Notes: generated by a model not told the origin, from the sequence alone. A DNA stretch of 64,000 nucleotides from Takakia lepidozioides (GCA_030704615.1 CM060734.1:59334001-59398000), one strand, 5' to 3'; shown: positions 23,647 through 36,135, counted from the first letter of the stretch. Program-made: numbers and translations.

Positions 23647-23974
23647 ACATCACTATTTTTCAAAATTCCAAACAAAAGACGACAACATATAACACAATGA
23701 GAGTAACTGCAATAGATAAATCATTTCACATATAAAATTCAACAGCATAGGTCAAGGTCCGGTTTTGCAGATCCGTAATACATAGGAATCATGGTTCTTG
23801 ATTAATAACTGCTTCGCTAAAACGATTGAAATTAAGATCAAATGGCTTTCCTATACGTGTTACTTCATCAAAATGTCGTTAATCGCTGCACCTCGTCATA
23901 GAAAAAGATATCTTTCACTAGTTTCATAGTGGTTTCTTTTTGGCATCAGCATTGTTCGCCATAAAGTTGCACAC

Positions 23975-24605
23975 CTAGCCAGATTCATACCCTTTGGCTC
24001 GCAAAAATGTACCCGATGCATAAAATTTTATCAATTTCTGCATTGTTAACCGGCAACCCACGAATGTACTTGTTAATTGCTTCCCAGACCATTGGTGACG
24101 ATCATAGATGAAGATTCTCCCAAAATTATTTGATGTTGTCAAACACACATGGTTTTTAAGCTCTGCACTACTTGCGTACATTTTTGTCCCCTCTTCAATA
24201 TCGTGCGCTGTGACATTATGACGAAAAAACTTAAAATGCGGATATCCGTAATCCTTCAAACAGTATCATAACATGCATTTCCATGTATGCAACCGAACTT
24301 GCCGCAATTTCTTACACATAACAGTATGTAGCAGTGGTGGACATATGTCCAACCCTAGATACGTTTTTATCAGTTTGTTAGCATGAAATTTGAACAGTAC
24401 TTGTAATTAATGTTCTGATTACCATTTGAAAATGTAAATGGGTCATCGTACCACCACATTTGACAGCCAAAAACCCAGCAAGAAAATTTTTTGTTATAAA
24501 ATTTCTTAACGTCTCAAAAAATTGCACCTGGGCGTCGCATCCTCTTACATGAATTGTGCATGAAACCTCAAAGGCTTTTGATGCAACTCTGTCCTTCATC
24601 GTCAT
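23975..24605 (-). pseudogene. Replitron-type HUH endonuclease (Rep)
   Basis: Motif I FEVSCT and motif II GGTMTHLHFQMVI. After a frameshift, LHTWKCML*YCLKDYGYPHF (motif III YxxK) and HNVT..DIEEG...LKNHVCLT. Confidence 0.8.
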
Positions 24606-25416
24606 GAGTTTCCTAGGTCTGCCCCTCCCTTCTTCCCACCCACTTCCCACCCACTTCCACTGCAACGGCAGTGCTTTACATTGCCTCTATGTTGGCCCCT
24701 CGTAGCTCACTTCTGCTACTGTGCAACCTTGTACCCCGTGCATCCACTGTTACTGTGCACCCTTGTAACCTCTGCTGCACCCTCTACTGTGCACTACGCT
24801 GAGCTTTTACGCTGGTACAGTCCAACGCGACTACCCAAACACTTATGGCGCTCTCTCTAGAACGTTCTCTATTATGTAATGTTCGCCAAATCTCACTTGG
24901 GCATGGACGGCATATCGGCCCGCATCCATTAGCCGTGGGGCCCATGTCACTTACCACATATGCTTGAGACAAACTCGTAGATGTCATCTAACTCTTCGTT
25001 GATTTTATTGGCCCTCGACAGGGTAGGGACTACGCATCAAGTTGGCCAAAGTGACCTTAACCTTATATCATGGGTTGTTCCCATGAGACTTAACGGGAAC
25101 ATGAAATTTTTAGTTCCCAGTTGGGCACATGTTACACTTCATGCTCAGACAGATAGGGTAGGGACTACGCATCATGTTGGCCAAAGTGCCCTTAACCTTA
25201 TATCATGGGTTGTTCCCATGAGACTTAATGGAACATGAAAGTGTTTAGTTCCCAGTTAGGCACATGTTACACTTCAGGGGACTAGGCATCAAGTTGGCCA
25301 AAGTGACCTTAACCTTATATCATGGGTTGTTCCCATGAGATTTAATGGGAACATGAAAGTTTTTAGCTCCCAGTTGGGCACATGTTACACTTCATGCTGC
25401 CAGACAGGGTAGGGAC

Positions 25417-26277
25417 CAGTGTTGTGCGGGTCCGGGTGCGGGTTTTTTTCGGAGCCAAGTCCGGATCGGGGTTTTTGAAATTTGGAAATTCCGGGTCCGG
25501 GTTCGTGTCCGGGTTTGTCATCACGGACTCGGGTTAGGGTCCGGGTAGTTGATGGGAAATATTAGCGGGTTCACAGCCGGGTCCTAATTTATTGATTAAA
25601 TAAATTAGAAAATGGGATAAAATTATTTTTGGCTGGAAAAAACTTTAAATCCTAATAATGAATTTTATTTTAAGAGACATTCCTTCAAAATATACCATGA
25701 ATATGAATATGTATACCATGATTAAAGGAATTAAATTTTCTATTTTTCAATATCAATTCTTTAAACATGTTAAGAATAGTAATATGCCTCAAGGGTAGAT
25801 CACTATAGCATGGATGTGTGGGATCTGGCATAATAATAATATATGACGTCTCCTCTGGGAGGTGTAAATTATGGTCCCAGAGGGCACAACTTTGTGACAC
25901 CACTCCGGGGATTGAACCCACAACCGCTTTTGAGGTGGTATGTGGGCATTACCACTGGGCTACAACGTGGTGGGGCTGGCTGCTGCGGCCTATTGCTGCT
26001 CGTCCCCTCCACACATATGACATAACCTACCAGATCTAAGGTGGACCCGGTATGCCCCATCTAAATTTAAGACCCGGACCCTGACCCGCTACAATGGCCC
26101 ACGGGTTTAACGGGTTCTGGACCCAGCAGGCGGATCCGGGTCCGGGTTCCGGGTTCATTTTAGAAATGAATCCGGTTAGGGTCCGGGTTTTTTGTGATAG
26201 CACGGGTCCGGGTGCGGGTAACCCGGATCCTAACCCGCCGGGTACCGGCCTTCAAAACCCGCACCCGCACAACACTG
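25417..26277. mobile_element. hAT non-autonomous element (861 bp)
   Basis: 8-bp TSD GTAGGGAC (25409-25416, 26278-26285); TIR CAGTGTTGTGCGGGT; many CCGGGT subterminal motifs. Confidence 0.9.
25830..25972 (-). mobile_element. tRNA-derived SINE nested in the hAT element
   Basis: A-box TAGCCCAGTGG (25962-25952), B-box GGTTCAATCC (25918-25909), (TAT)n tail. Confidence 0.7.
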
Positions 26278-29200
26278 GTAGGGACTACGCATGAAGTTGG
26301 CCAAAGTGCCCTTAACCTTATATCATGGGTTGGCCAAAGTGACCTTAACCTTATATCACGGGTTGTTCCCATGAGACTTAATGGGAACATGAAAATTTTT
26401 AGATCCCCGTTGGGCACATGTTACACTCCATATCAATAAAACAATGGCAGGGCCTCCATGTATCTCACGCCTTGTTTTTTCCAACAACTGGGGTACATAT
26501 GAGGGTTGATTAAAGCGTTATCCTAGCGACCAAGAAAGAATCTTACTATCAAAAGTTGCTAATGTGTAGCTGGGTGGTCTGCTTAATGTGCTAAAACTGA
26601 AGCTGATTTCAAATTCTTTCCTTGAAACTGGTTGAAATGGAATACTTGCAATGGGTCATTGCATTCCTCGGGCATTCCTCAAGTGCATAACCCTTACATT
26701 TCCGGGTCCATCTTTATACCATCGCCCTTGACCATGATGGGGATTGGTATGGCATGAGCAGAAAAAAAAAACCCGGGTGAACAGGATCCACCATAATGGG
26801 GGTAATATGTATGCCAACGAAAATACATATAATAGGCGGACATAAGGACTTTATTGCGTTAATAGGGTCTACATGGTATCTGAATCTAAACCTGAAGAAG
26901 AATCCACATGCTCCGTAAAGATAATTTGAACCTCTAGAAAACCTTACATTTTATATTTGATGACATAAAAACTCTTGAAATGGAGAAAATGCTAGAATCC
27001 ATGAAGCGAAAAGGAATTTACGCTAGCTTCGGTTGATGATATATATATATATATATAACCACAAAATGCATAGAGTAATTTATGTGTAAACTCCTAACCT
27101 AACGGAATAAACAAATAATATCACAGCAAAAAAGGAGTTTCGTAAACAAAAAAAACCCTCGTTCATCTTAAGCCACCCCAATACCATAAACAAAAAAAGG
27201 TTTCGCCGTAATAATGTCCGAGCACATTGCCATATCAAAAAATAAACAATATTAACATTCACACCCTAATTTAAATGACTGCTCTTCCTTACTAGAGTTT
27301 CGCTGGTGAAACTATTCGACACTAATCATTCTCTATGTTATTCACCACCCAAACAAACCAATGTAGGAAGAATGGTCAAAAAACCTCATCACTAAAGTTC
27401 TAAAGGCCGCGACATCTTGCTCCCAATCTTTACCCGACCACACAAATGCCAAGGCCTTGCCAAGGGCAGTTTTTAAATTCCTACGAAAATTGAAGACAAC
27501 AACTCATCAGTCTATCCTGGCACTGAAAAAACGATGACAATTAATCTTCATTTCCTATGACCAAAAAAATAAGCGAAAAAATATTTTTCTTCTCTATATA
27601 ACGACAAACCAATACCAAAATAAATATCTATTTCAATACTAGCTACTAGGTCCTATAAGAAACAAAACCACCTCAGAGACAAACTTGAGAGCTTCATAAC
27701 CGATACAAGTGATAAAACACACATGACCAACGAAGACAACATTTACAGAAAAATAACATTCGAACAGAATTGATCTAACTTCTAACAAGAAGTCCTCTCT
27801 CTGCATATAGTTAAAACCTTGTGGACATTCAATAGAACACAAATATGTAATAGTCAAGTACTGCTTTTGGTAATGCAATATTATGAATAGAGTATTTCGC
27901 TAGCAAAATGTGAGAAATCCTCAAAGATATTGAGTTTTAAGAGTTTCGCTAGTGAAATAGACCCCCAGAAACAACTAATCCAAAAGAAAAAACGATAGTC
28001 AATCTGCTTGAGCACACACAAATTTTGATTTTTTTTTTTCATTTTTTTCATAATTTTGTCGCGTGAACATATTTTCGTTTCGATGTAAGATATTCTCAAA
28101 ATCTTCTCGGGATATATGGAATACTCTGTTCTGCTGGTGTCAGCATGCTCATCGCTACCCGACCATTTCTATATAAATCCTCAAGCTTCTCCGTTGGCTT
28201 TTCAATCTCTCATTGTTCGTCTTTCGTAATACTCGGCGAAGTCAATTGGTGTCAATCATTTAAGCAACATTGCTGAATCTTGATGTCGGTAGGACCACCT
28301 CTTATATCAGGTGCTTGTGGCTTCGTTTAACATCTATCACTACTTTCTTTTTTTGAGAAGAAAGCTCAACAATGGTTTGATACTTATCACAACAACATTG
28401 AAAGTTGAAGTTTTTTTTTTTTTTTTTTTTTTTTTTAGATTCATTACAAATCAGTTTGCTAGATTTTGGAAGAATGATTGCATGATCAGAAACAAAGTAC
28501 GTGCATGCTTGGTCGTGGAGTATGAATGAAAACTATTTTACAAATATATATCAGATCATTCAAAACCTTATAAAAAGAATATTGAAGAGTTTTGAAGTGC
28601 TTTACCGTTGCTCGAAGGTGGTAATGCCATTCTCGACGACAAACACATTAGAAAAAATGATCATTTTGCAAATATGGAAGCCGATATGGTTACAACTGCA
28701 CTACTATGTTAGTGCATTGCTTTGTTTTTATAAGATTCTACTCACCATCATTTGAATCAGCTTCGCAACCTCTTAACTTCCCATCGCGTGAATACGCTCG
28801 CACCCTAACCCAATCTCCCTATCTCCAATCGCACCTACCTCCAATGGCCAAGAAGTCATGATATATGCCATATCCGTTGTGTGCTGAGTGGGGTGCATGA
28901 AATTGGAACTATTTGCGACATGGCCCAAGCAACTATACCGGATGGACTTTTCATTTTACAACCTTACAAAGATACCCAACTCTTCCCCAGAGGGAAAGCA
29001 AAAACATATACAAGAAGCGTCATTCCTGCTCATTGTAGATGAGGGACAGGTGAGGAAATATGGAATATATGTAAATGTTCAAATTGGGGATAAGAAGCAC
29101 TTGCGCAACATGTATAGTAGTGAGTAACTTTCAATTTCTTATATGTGAATAGGGGGGCAAGAATTTCATCTCCAAATCTCTGTTTTTTTTTTTTTTTTTT

Positions 29201-29294
29201 GATCTTGCTCACTTGGGGGTAGTTTGCTACTCAATAGTCTTAATATCTAGCTACTCGCATCAAGTTTGGGGTGCGTAGTCTTATATTGGTGGCG

Positions 29295-29880
29295 ATGGCA
29301 ATCACTATGCATCGTATGATACAAGGTTTACTGTTGTTTTTGGTGATCTTTGCTTTTGCTTTCAATTCGGTCAAGTCAGTTTGTCCATCGGGTGCCGTGT
29401 TCATGTTCGGAGACTCACTTTCCGATACAGGAAATGATCAAGCAGCATGTCCATCAAACCAACAAGTACACTTGAATAGACCTTACGGAGAAACATTTTT
29501 TGGACATCCAGCAGGCCGCTTTTCGAATGGGCATATTGTGATTGATTTCGTCACTCACGCCTTTGGACTGCCCTTCCTCACCACAATTCAAGCATATGTA
29601 ACGAACCGTACCAACTCCAATTTTCGACACGAGATTAATTTTGCTTACGTTGGAGCTACTGCACGAAACGATGACTATTTGGTTCTATATAATCTCGAGC
29701 TTCAAGTTGAACAATTTTTGGATTTCAAAACCAATGCAAAATCAAAACTGGCAAGAGAAGCGATACCCACTTCATTATGACAATGGATTATACATTATAC
29801 ATGCTAGGGGCAACGATTTCTCATATCAGTATCTCTGACACATGGGACCTACAGAGGTCATGAAACATATTGTGTCTCAA
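29295..29880 (+). pseudogene. GDSL esterase/lipase, intronless, frameshifted and 3'-truncated
   Basis: Signal peptide, FGDSLSDTGN, PYGETFF, GRFSNG, NFAYVGA. Block III (RGNDF) is in another frame, followed by a stop; no DxxH block found. Confidence 0.85.
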
Positions 29881-30734
29881 TCGGCCAGAGTTCTAACCAT
29901 AGCTACCCAGAACCAAGCCACAACAATCAAACCTCCCAAGTACCTCGTACACTACTGGGAAAACCTCGGGCATCCCACTTTCATGCCCTGCTTGTGAATG
30001 ACAAACTAAGATACCGACATAAGAGTGCCAGAACATATTTGCATTCTAACTCAACAACTATGTACTACCCAGCCCACGAAAGTAACGACTATGCACCACA
30101 CAGCTGATCTGGCCATGCTCGTCCTTCAGGTAGTAGTGGTCAACACGACTCCCTCGATCATGTGAAACAAACTGTTCTGCCCTATCCACAAAATGTTTCA
30201 AGACCTGAGATGCCATGGAAAGAACTGCACCCAGCATGCACCTTGACCTTGAATCCAGAAGGGGGCTGGGGTTGCAAACTGCAGATTGTGTGAAATTCAC
30301 TGCTGGATGTGGAAAAGCCCCAGCCCTTCAGGCAATCCACCTTCCTCACATCTGTTGACAAAGCTCCAGGCTGCTGGTGACTGCAGGGTGTCAAGTTACA
30401 AAGCTCGCACCCCAGAAACCTCTCGACGTTTCCTGAAGCTCCTGAAGCCTTCAGATTAAGACAATATGCTTTGTTATACACAAATATCCACCTCTGTCAG
30501 GAACAAAATGACACCAAAAGGTTCAAACCTCCTCCCGCGTATCTCCAATTTGTTCACCAACCATCGACACTGCACAGAGAACACTCTCCTGCACCACTTC
30601 GGGCCTTCTCCTATAAAAGAACAAACAGGTGGGAAAGACTGACTGGTCGTCGGAGGAGGAACAAATAAGCAACTAAAGAAATAGTCGGACACATGAATGA
30701 TGCACAACTCTACAAGAGCAAAAAAAAAAAAAAA

Positions 30735-31515
30735 AAAAAAAACTCCCAACCTAATCAGTAGAACTTTGTCCGACACTGCTCTTCAAACAGCATGCAAAGT
30801 GCAGAGGAAAATTATACTACTAAAAGTATGATGAACAAAGCAATAATGAGCTTCAAGGACAGAATGCCTAACAAATGGCACAATAATCAAAATGTAATGT
30901 TGGTAGAGGATGATATATTTCTCTTTCCTGAGACTCATCTATCCTGAGAATGCATGCAAAGTTTTATCAACATTGTAAAAAAAAACTCCAACTGACTCGG
31001 TCTAGCTAATTCTCTGGGACACTGCTCTTCAAACAGTATGTGTATGCAAAGTGCAGAGGAATATTATACTACTAAAAGGATGATGAACAAAGTAATAATG
31101 AGCTTCAAGGACAGAATGCCCCTAACAAATGGCATAACAATCAAAATGTAATGTTGGTAGAGGATGATATATTTCTCTTTCTTGAGATCATCTATCCTTA
31201 GAATGCATGCAAATTTCTATCCACATTGTCAAAAAAACTCCCAACCGACTCAGTCTAGCTAATTTTGTCTGACACTGCTCTTCAAACAACATGTGTATGC
31301 AACTTGCAAATGAATATTATACTACTAAAAGTACAATTAATAAAGTAATAATGAGCTTCAATGAAAGAGTGCCTAACAAATGGCACAACAATCAAAATGT
31401 AATGTTGGTAGAGGATGATATATTTCTCTTTCCTGAGACTCATCTATCCTTAGAATGCATGCAAATTTTTATCAACATTGTCAAAAAAACTCCCAACCGA
31501 CTTAGTCCAGCAACA
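30735..31515. repeat. Three tandem ~245-bp units plus a partial fourth
   Basis: Repeated gacactgctcttcaaaca...aatcaaaatgtaatgttggtagaggatgatatatttctcttt...gaatgcatgcaaa. Confidence 0.9.
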
Positions 31516-31519
31516 CTTT

Positions 31520-31955
31520 ACGCATTTGATGAACTTCCTTTCAGAAATATTTGGGAAAGATGGTCCCAGTCAATATGGATGACATACTGATATACTCAAA
31601 GATCAAAGAAGAACATGAACAACATCTACGTCTGGTCTTGGATATACTAAGAGAGAATCACTTATTTGCTAAGAAAAACAAATGTAAGTTCTTTGTAGAC
31701 CATATGGATTACTGGAGGTATTGTATCTCCAAGGACGAAATCTTAATTGATCCCAAGAAAGTCCAAATAGTTGTTGAAATCCTAAGCCAAATGATGAGAC
31801 TGAGGTCAGGTTCCTACTTCCCAAGCAATGTAATCGCGCCGTCTCTGCAGGCTCAATATGTGATGGTGGGTTTTCTTTGTCCAAAAAATTTCTAGATTTG
31901 AATAGTGGACATTATGAATTTTTGGTGATGCCATTTGGGCTCACTAATGCTCCAT
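31520..31955 (+). pseudogene. Ty3/gypsy RT fragments
   Basis: NMDDILIYSK.KEEHEQHLRLVL...KKNKCKF, and GHYEFLVMPFGLTNAP at ~31908-31953. Confidence 0.85.
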
Positions 31956-33230
31956 ACCCACAAGCCGCTTGGAATGTATTCTATTTCGGAAATCCATATT
32001 TTTCTGGATTCTTCAGAATGTCCACATTGATGTCATAATATTGACCGAAATGAATAGAAATTCCCTGAAGCCGTTGCTGGAGATCTTGAATCATCCTTTT
32101 CAAGCCCTCGTTATAGGCTAAAACAACCTCATTAACGGGAATCAAACACACATGCTCATCTCCTGAAACCTCAGGAGTGCCCCAATTTGAGAGGAAAATA
32201 ACCTTTGACAGGAACGGTTAATGTAGATGAAATAATATCTAGTCCGTACGTTATATAAATTCTTTGTAGTCGCTGAAAACTATTTGTGGGTATCACAGAC
32301 CAGTCCAAATCTCCAGACATCAGACCATTCTCCGACCTTCGGTCATCGCTAGAATGTCACCTTTTGGTGAAAATGTATTAGGGTTTAGCCAAAACCTGTC
32401 GACGTGGCCTTCTGTCTTGCTGAGAAACAAAAACTTGGCACTAGCTGGCATCCTAATTAGTGTCAGGTATAGAGGTGGGGTGCTTGCTCTGTAAATATGG
32501 GTTGTTATAGTCAGCTGCTTGCAGCAATGGGGATCTATGCATCGCTGCTTAGAGGCAGGGATAGCTGAAGGAGTGTGTGGGTGCAGGTCAATCCCAGAGC
32601 ACAAGATTTCAAGCACGAGAGTAGGAGCTAGCCACTGTGGATATCAAGCCACTAGAAACATGTGTGGGTGGATGTTCAATGGGAGAAGCTGGAAGCAGCT
32701 AAGTGAATGTCTGTGCCGGGTGCTGGTGGGTTGTGATCATTGGGGCACTTACAGTACGACCACCCCTCCTCTTTAAGTGATGCAGACCTGATGGACTTAT
32801 GATCTTTCTCTGTTCATTGCACGAGGTGTCTCTGTTAAGTAATTTCATAATATTTTTTTTCAGTAGAGATAGGGAGCCACCCTTCGCATGTTGAAAGGAG
32901 CAGAGTACTCGATTTTGCTATGAGGGTCTAGTTAGATATCTCCTTTTAGCCAGACATGGAGCAGAAAGTTGTGTGTTGGCGGCACATAGGAGATTACACA
33001 CCAGGGGAATCTGCACAGATCTTATGTTGTAGAGGGATGTTATTTATTTGGTCTTCCTGATTCAATTTCGAGTGTTTAAAGTTTTGTTGCAATTGTTGTG
33101 AGTGTAAAGATGAACGCTAACAGTCTTGAAGTGGTTCTCGGTATGCATACAAAAATGATGTTGCAGTTGGTTGTTGCAAGCATGCATAATGTGATTTGTA
33201 CAACTTGGTCAGAGTATTGAGTCATGCAGG

Positions 33231-35135
33231 ATGGCAGGGTTGAATCAGGCACAGTTCTTTGAAACCACCACCATGATTGAAGGAGGACCAAGAGGAGGAA
33301 TCAGCAAGAACTCTGCTGAAAGTTGGGGGTATGTGAGGACGCTGTGTAAGGCGGGACACCTGAAAGAGGCGCTGCACATTTTGAACCAAAGAGACATTCC
33401 CGCAGATTCAAGTACTTATGTCTGCCTCTTGCAGCAGGTCACCAAGTTGAAAGGCATACGAGAGGGAAAGCAAGTGCACACCCACATTATCCGTAGTGGA
33501 TTCAAGCCAAACATCTTTCTATTCAACACCCTTGTCAACATGTATGCCAAGTGCGGAAGCATGGTGGATGCTCGCCGAGTGTTTGACAAAATGAAAGAAC
33601 GAGATGTATTTACGTGGAATATAATGATAGCAGGCCATGCCAAGCATGGGGGGGGTTGGGAGGCTTTGGAGATTTATGAGCAAATGCAACAGGAAGGGAT
33701 GATGCCTGACAAGGTCACGTTCATTTGCGTTCTCAATGCGTGTGCCAGTCTGGCTGCCCTGGAAAGAGGCAAGCAGATACATGCTGACATCATGAAAGCT
33801 GGAAGTGCACCACATATCATTGTGGATACTGCCCTCATTGCTATGTATGCCAAATGTGGGGGCTTAAAGGATGCACGGAGAGTGTTTGACACTATGGCGC
33901 AGCGGAATGTGGTCTCCTGGAATGCAATGATTGCAGGATATGCTCAGAATCGGCGTGATAGGGATGCTCTTAGAATCTATTACCAAATGATGCAGGAAGG
34001 CGCAACAGCCGACAAGGTCACATACATTTGTGTTCTCAACGTGTGTGCCAGTCTGGAAATCCTGGAAAAGGGCATAGAGGTCCATGCTGCCATTGGCAAA
34101 GCCGGAATTGCACCAGACATTATTCTGGAGACTGCCCTTGTCGACATGTATGCCAAATGTGGGAGTATGAAGTATGCATGTCAAGTGTTTGACAATATGG
34201 CTAAACGTAATGTGGTGTCATGGACTGCAATGATCACAGGATATGCCAAATGCGGAAGCATCAGGGATGCCCGTCGAGTATTCAACATGATGGCTGAAAG
34301 AAATGTGGTATCTTGGAATGCAATGATTGCAGGATATGCACAGCACGGTTATGGTAGGGAGGCCTTACAATTATTTGGGCAAATGCAACAGGAGGGCCTG
34401 AAGCCGAATGTGATCTCATGGAGCACAATGATCTCAGGATATGCTCAGCATGGATGTGGTAAGGAGGCTTTGGAGATGTATGAGCAAATGATACAGGAAG
34501 GGGTGACACCAAACAATGTCACGTTCATTTCCATTCTCAATGCGTGTGCCAGCCTGGCGGCCCTGGAAAAGGGCAAAGAAATCCATGCTGACATTGTGAA
34601 AGCTAGAATTGTGCAAGATATTCATCTGGAGAATACCCTTGTCAACATGTATGCCAAATGTGGGAGTGTAAAGGATGCCCATCAAGTGTTCAACAATATG
34701 CTGGAGCGAGATGTGGTCTCATGGAGCGCCATGATCGCAGGATATGGGCAGCATGGATTTGGCAGGGACGCCCTCCAACTATTTGAACAAATGCAACAGG
34801 AAGGGGTGCAGCCGAACCTTATTACCTTTACATGTGTCCTTTCTGCATGTAGCCGTGTGGGCCTATTGGATGAAGGCCATCACTACTTTGATTCCATGAG
34901 TCGAGATCATGGCCTCACTTCTAGCGCAGAGCATTTTAGCTGTATGGTGGACCTTCTTGGTCGTGCCGGGCAATTGAATGAGGCAGAGGATCTTATCAAC
35001 AAAATGCCAACTAAACCAGGTGCTACAGTCTGGGGGGCATTGCTTAGTGCCTGCAGAAATCATGGCAATGTGGAAGTAGCAGAACGTGCAGCTAAATGTC
35101 TTCTCAACTGGAAGCCACAGCACACTGCAACTTAA
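33231..35135 (+). CDS. PLS-class pentatricopeptide repeat protein, truncated in the E domain
   Basis: Repeated LVNMYAKCG...A..VFD.M..RNVVSWNAMIAGYAQ P-L-S triplets and E1 VWGALLSAC. TAA falls where T-Y-VVLSNIY is expected; no DYW domain. Confidence 0.92.
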   Translation: MAGLNQAQFFETTTMIEGGPRGGISKNSAESWGYVRTLCKAGHLKEALHILNQRDIPADSSTYVCLLQQVTKLKGIREGKQVHTHIIRSGFKPNIFLFNTLVNMYAKCGSMVDARRVFDKMKERDVFTWNIMIAGHAKHGGGWEALEIYEQMQQEGMMPDKVTFICVLNACASLAALERGKQIHADIMKAGSAPHIIVDTALIAMYAKCGGLKDARRVFDTMAQRNVVSWNAMIAGYAQNRRDRDALRIYYQMMQEGATADKVTYICVLNVCASLEILEKGIEVHAAIGKAGIAPDIILETALVDMYAKCGSMKYACQVFDNMAKRNVVSWTAMITGYAKCGSIRDARRVFNMMAERNVVSWNAMIAGYAQHGYGREALQLFGQMQQEGLKPNVISWSTMISGYAQHGCGKEALEMYEQMIQEGVTPNNVTFISILNACASLAALEKGKEIHADIVKARIVQDIHLENTLVNMYAKCGSVKDAHQVFNNMLERDVVSWSAMIAGYGQHGFGRDALQLFEQMQQEGVQPNLITFTCVLSACSRVGLLDEGHHYFDSMSRDHGLTSSAEHFSCMVDLLGRAGQLNEAEDLINKMPTKPGATVWGALLSACRNHGNVEVAERAAKCLLNWKPQHTAT

Positions 35136-35799
35136 GTGGTGCTATCAAACATCTATAAAGAAAAACTAGCTGCTTGCAGGATACAAGGTGAAGTACAATT
35201 TGGTGAGGGCACCTTCTTCAAAAGCACATTTATACCTGTTTTATCCTTTTGTCCCTACTTTTTCATCATAGGTCTTTGTAAGTAGCTTGGTCGCTGGATT
35301 TGTGGTAGTTGTCTGCTGTTTCTAACATGTTACGCTAATGGGTCGCAGGCAAATATCCAGAATCTGAAATAGAGATGAGGAGAAGCTTTGGAAGGAATAC
35401 TCTCAAAACCCCAGTCAATGGGACAATCAAGGCAGGAAGGTGAATGTCTGTTATGTTATGGCAGAAGCATACAACAAAAAACTTTCTTAGAAATTGTCAG
35501 TCTCCTGCTCTCCCTAATGCATTCAAAACGTCTTGTAAGCAATTCAGCATAGGCACTGGTATGTGGTAAAGTAGGGTTTGGGTGTTTGTCACATAAATTC
35601 CAAGTTGTTGCTGTCAGCTATTAGCAACAAGGGGAAGAATCTATGCATAATCGTTGCTGAGCAGGGATGACTGAAGTAGATGCTGGGATGGAGTGTGGGT
35701 CCAGATCCATCTGACAGGGCGGGATATCAAGCACAAGACTAGTAATGAGCCAATGTTGATTGGCAGCTACAAGAAACCTGCATTGGTAGATGGTCAACT

Positions 35800-36135
35800 G
35801 GAAGCAGCACAGCTGATAAAATTAGGCACCTCCACCATGACCACCACTCCTGCTGGAGGACCAAGAAAGGCAATCCAGAATATCTCTTCTGGCACTTGTG
35901 GGCACCTGACAACACTGTGAGGGAGGACAACTGAAAAAGGCTTTGCACATTTTGAACCGAGGTGGTAGACTCCAATACTCATATCTGTCTCTTGCAGAAA
36001 AGCGCATGAACAGGAAAAGCCTCACAGTGGGAAAGCAGGTACACACCCACATGATGTCAAGCGGATTCAAGCCAAATGCTTTTCTACACAATACCCTTAT
36101 CAATCTGTATGTGGAGTGTCGTGGTGTTTCCATGC
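35800..36135 (+). pseudogene. Degenerate paralogous 5' fragment of the PPR gene
   Basis: ALHILNR...GKQVHTHMMSSGFKPNAFLHNTLINLYVEC mirrors 33370-33555. Confidence 0.75.

Larger units (their letters stand above)
25017..26430. repeat. Tandem array of ~125-135-bp units (4 copies, the last split by the hAT element)
   Basis: Unit agggtagggactacgcatcaagttggccaaagtgaccttaacc...catgggttgttcccatg...gggcacatgttacact. Confidence 0.9.
23489..26511 (-). mobile_element. Replitron-like (HUH/Rep) transposon, decayed, with nested insertions
   Basis: HUH Rep pseudogene enclosed by the 15-bp direct repeat ATATGAGGGTTGATT (23489-23503, 26497-26511). Confidence 0.65.

Noticed and set aside
23975-24665. Helitron or integrated geminivirus
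   Set aside because: No helicase domain, capsid gene or TAATATTAC origin seen; the motifs fit a Replitron better.
25830-25972. Functional tRNA gene
   Set aside because: Has A/B boxes but no convincing cloverleaf, and carries an extra body, a simple-repeat tail and a diverged second copy.
30058-30300. HYYLKDEHGQISCVVH, an OB-fold-like peptide on the minus strand
   Set aside because: Too short, the surrounding frames are broken, and no gene model can be supported.
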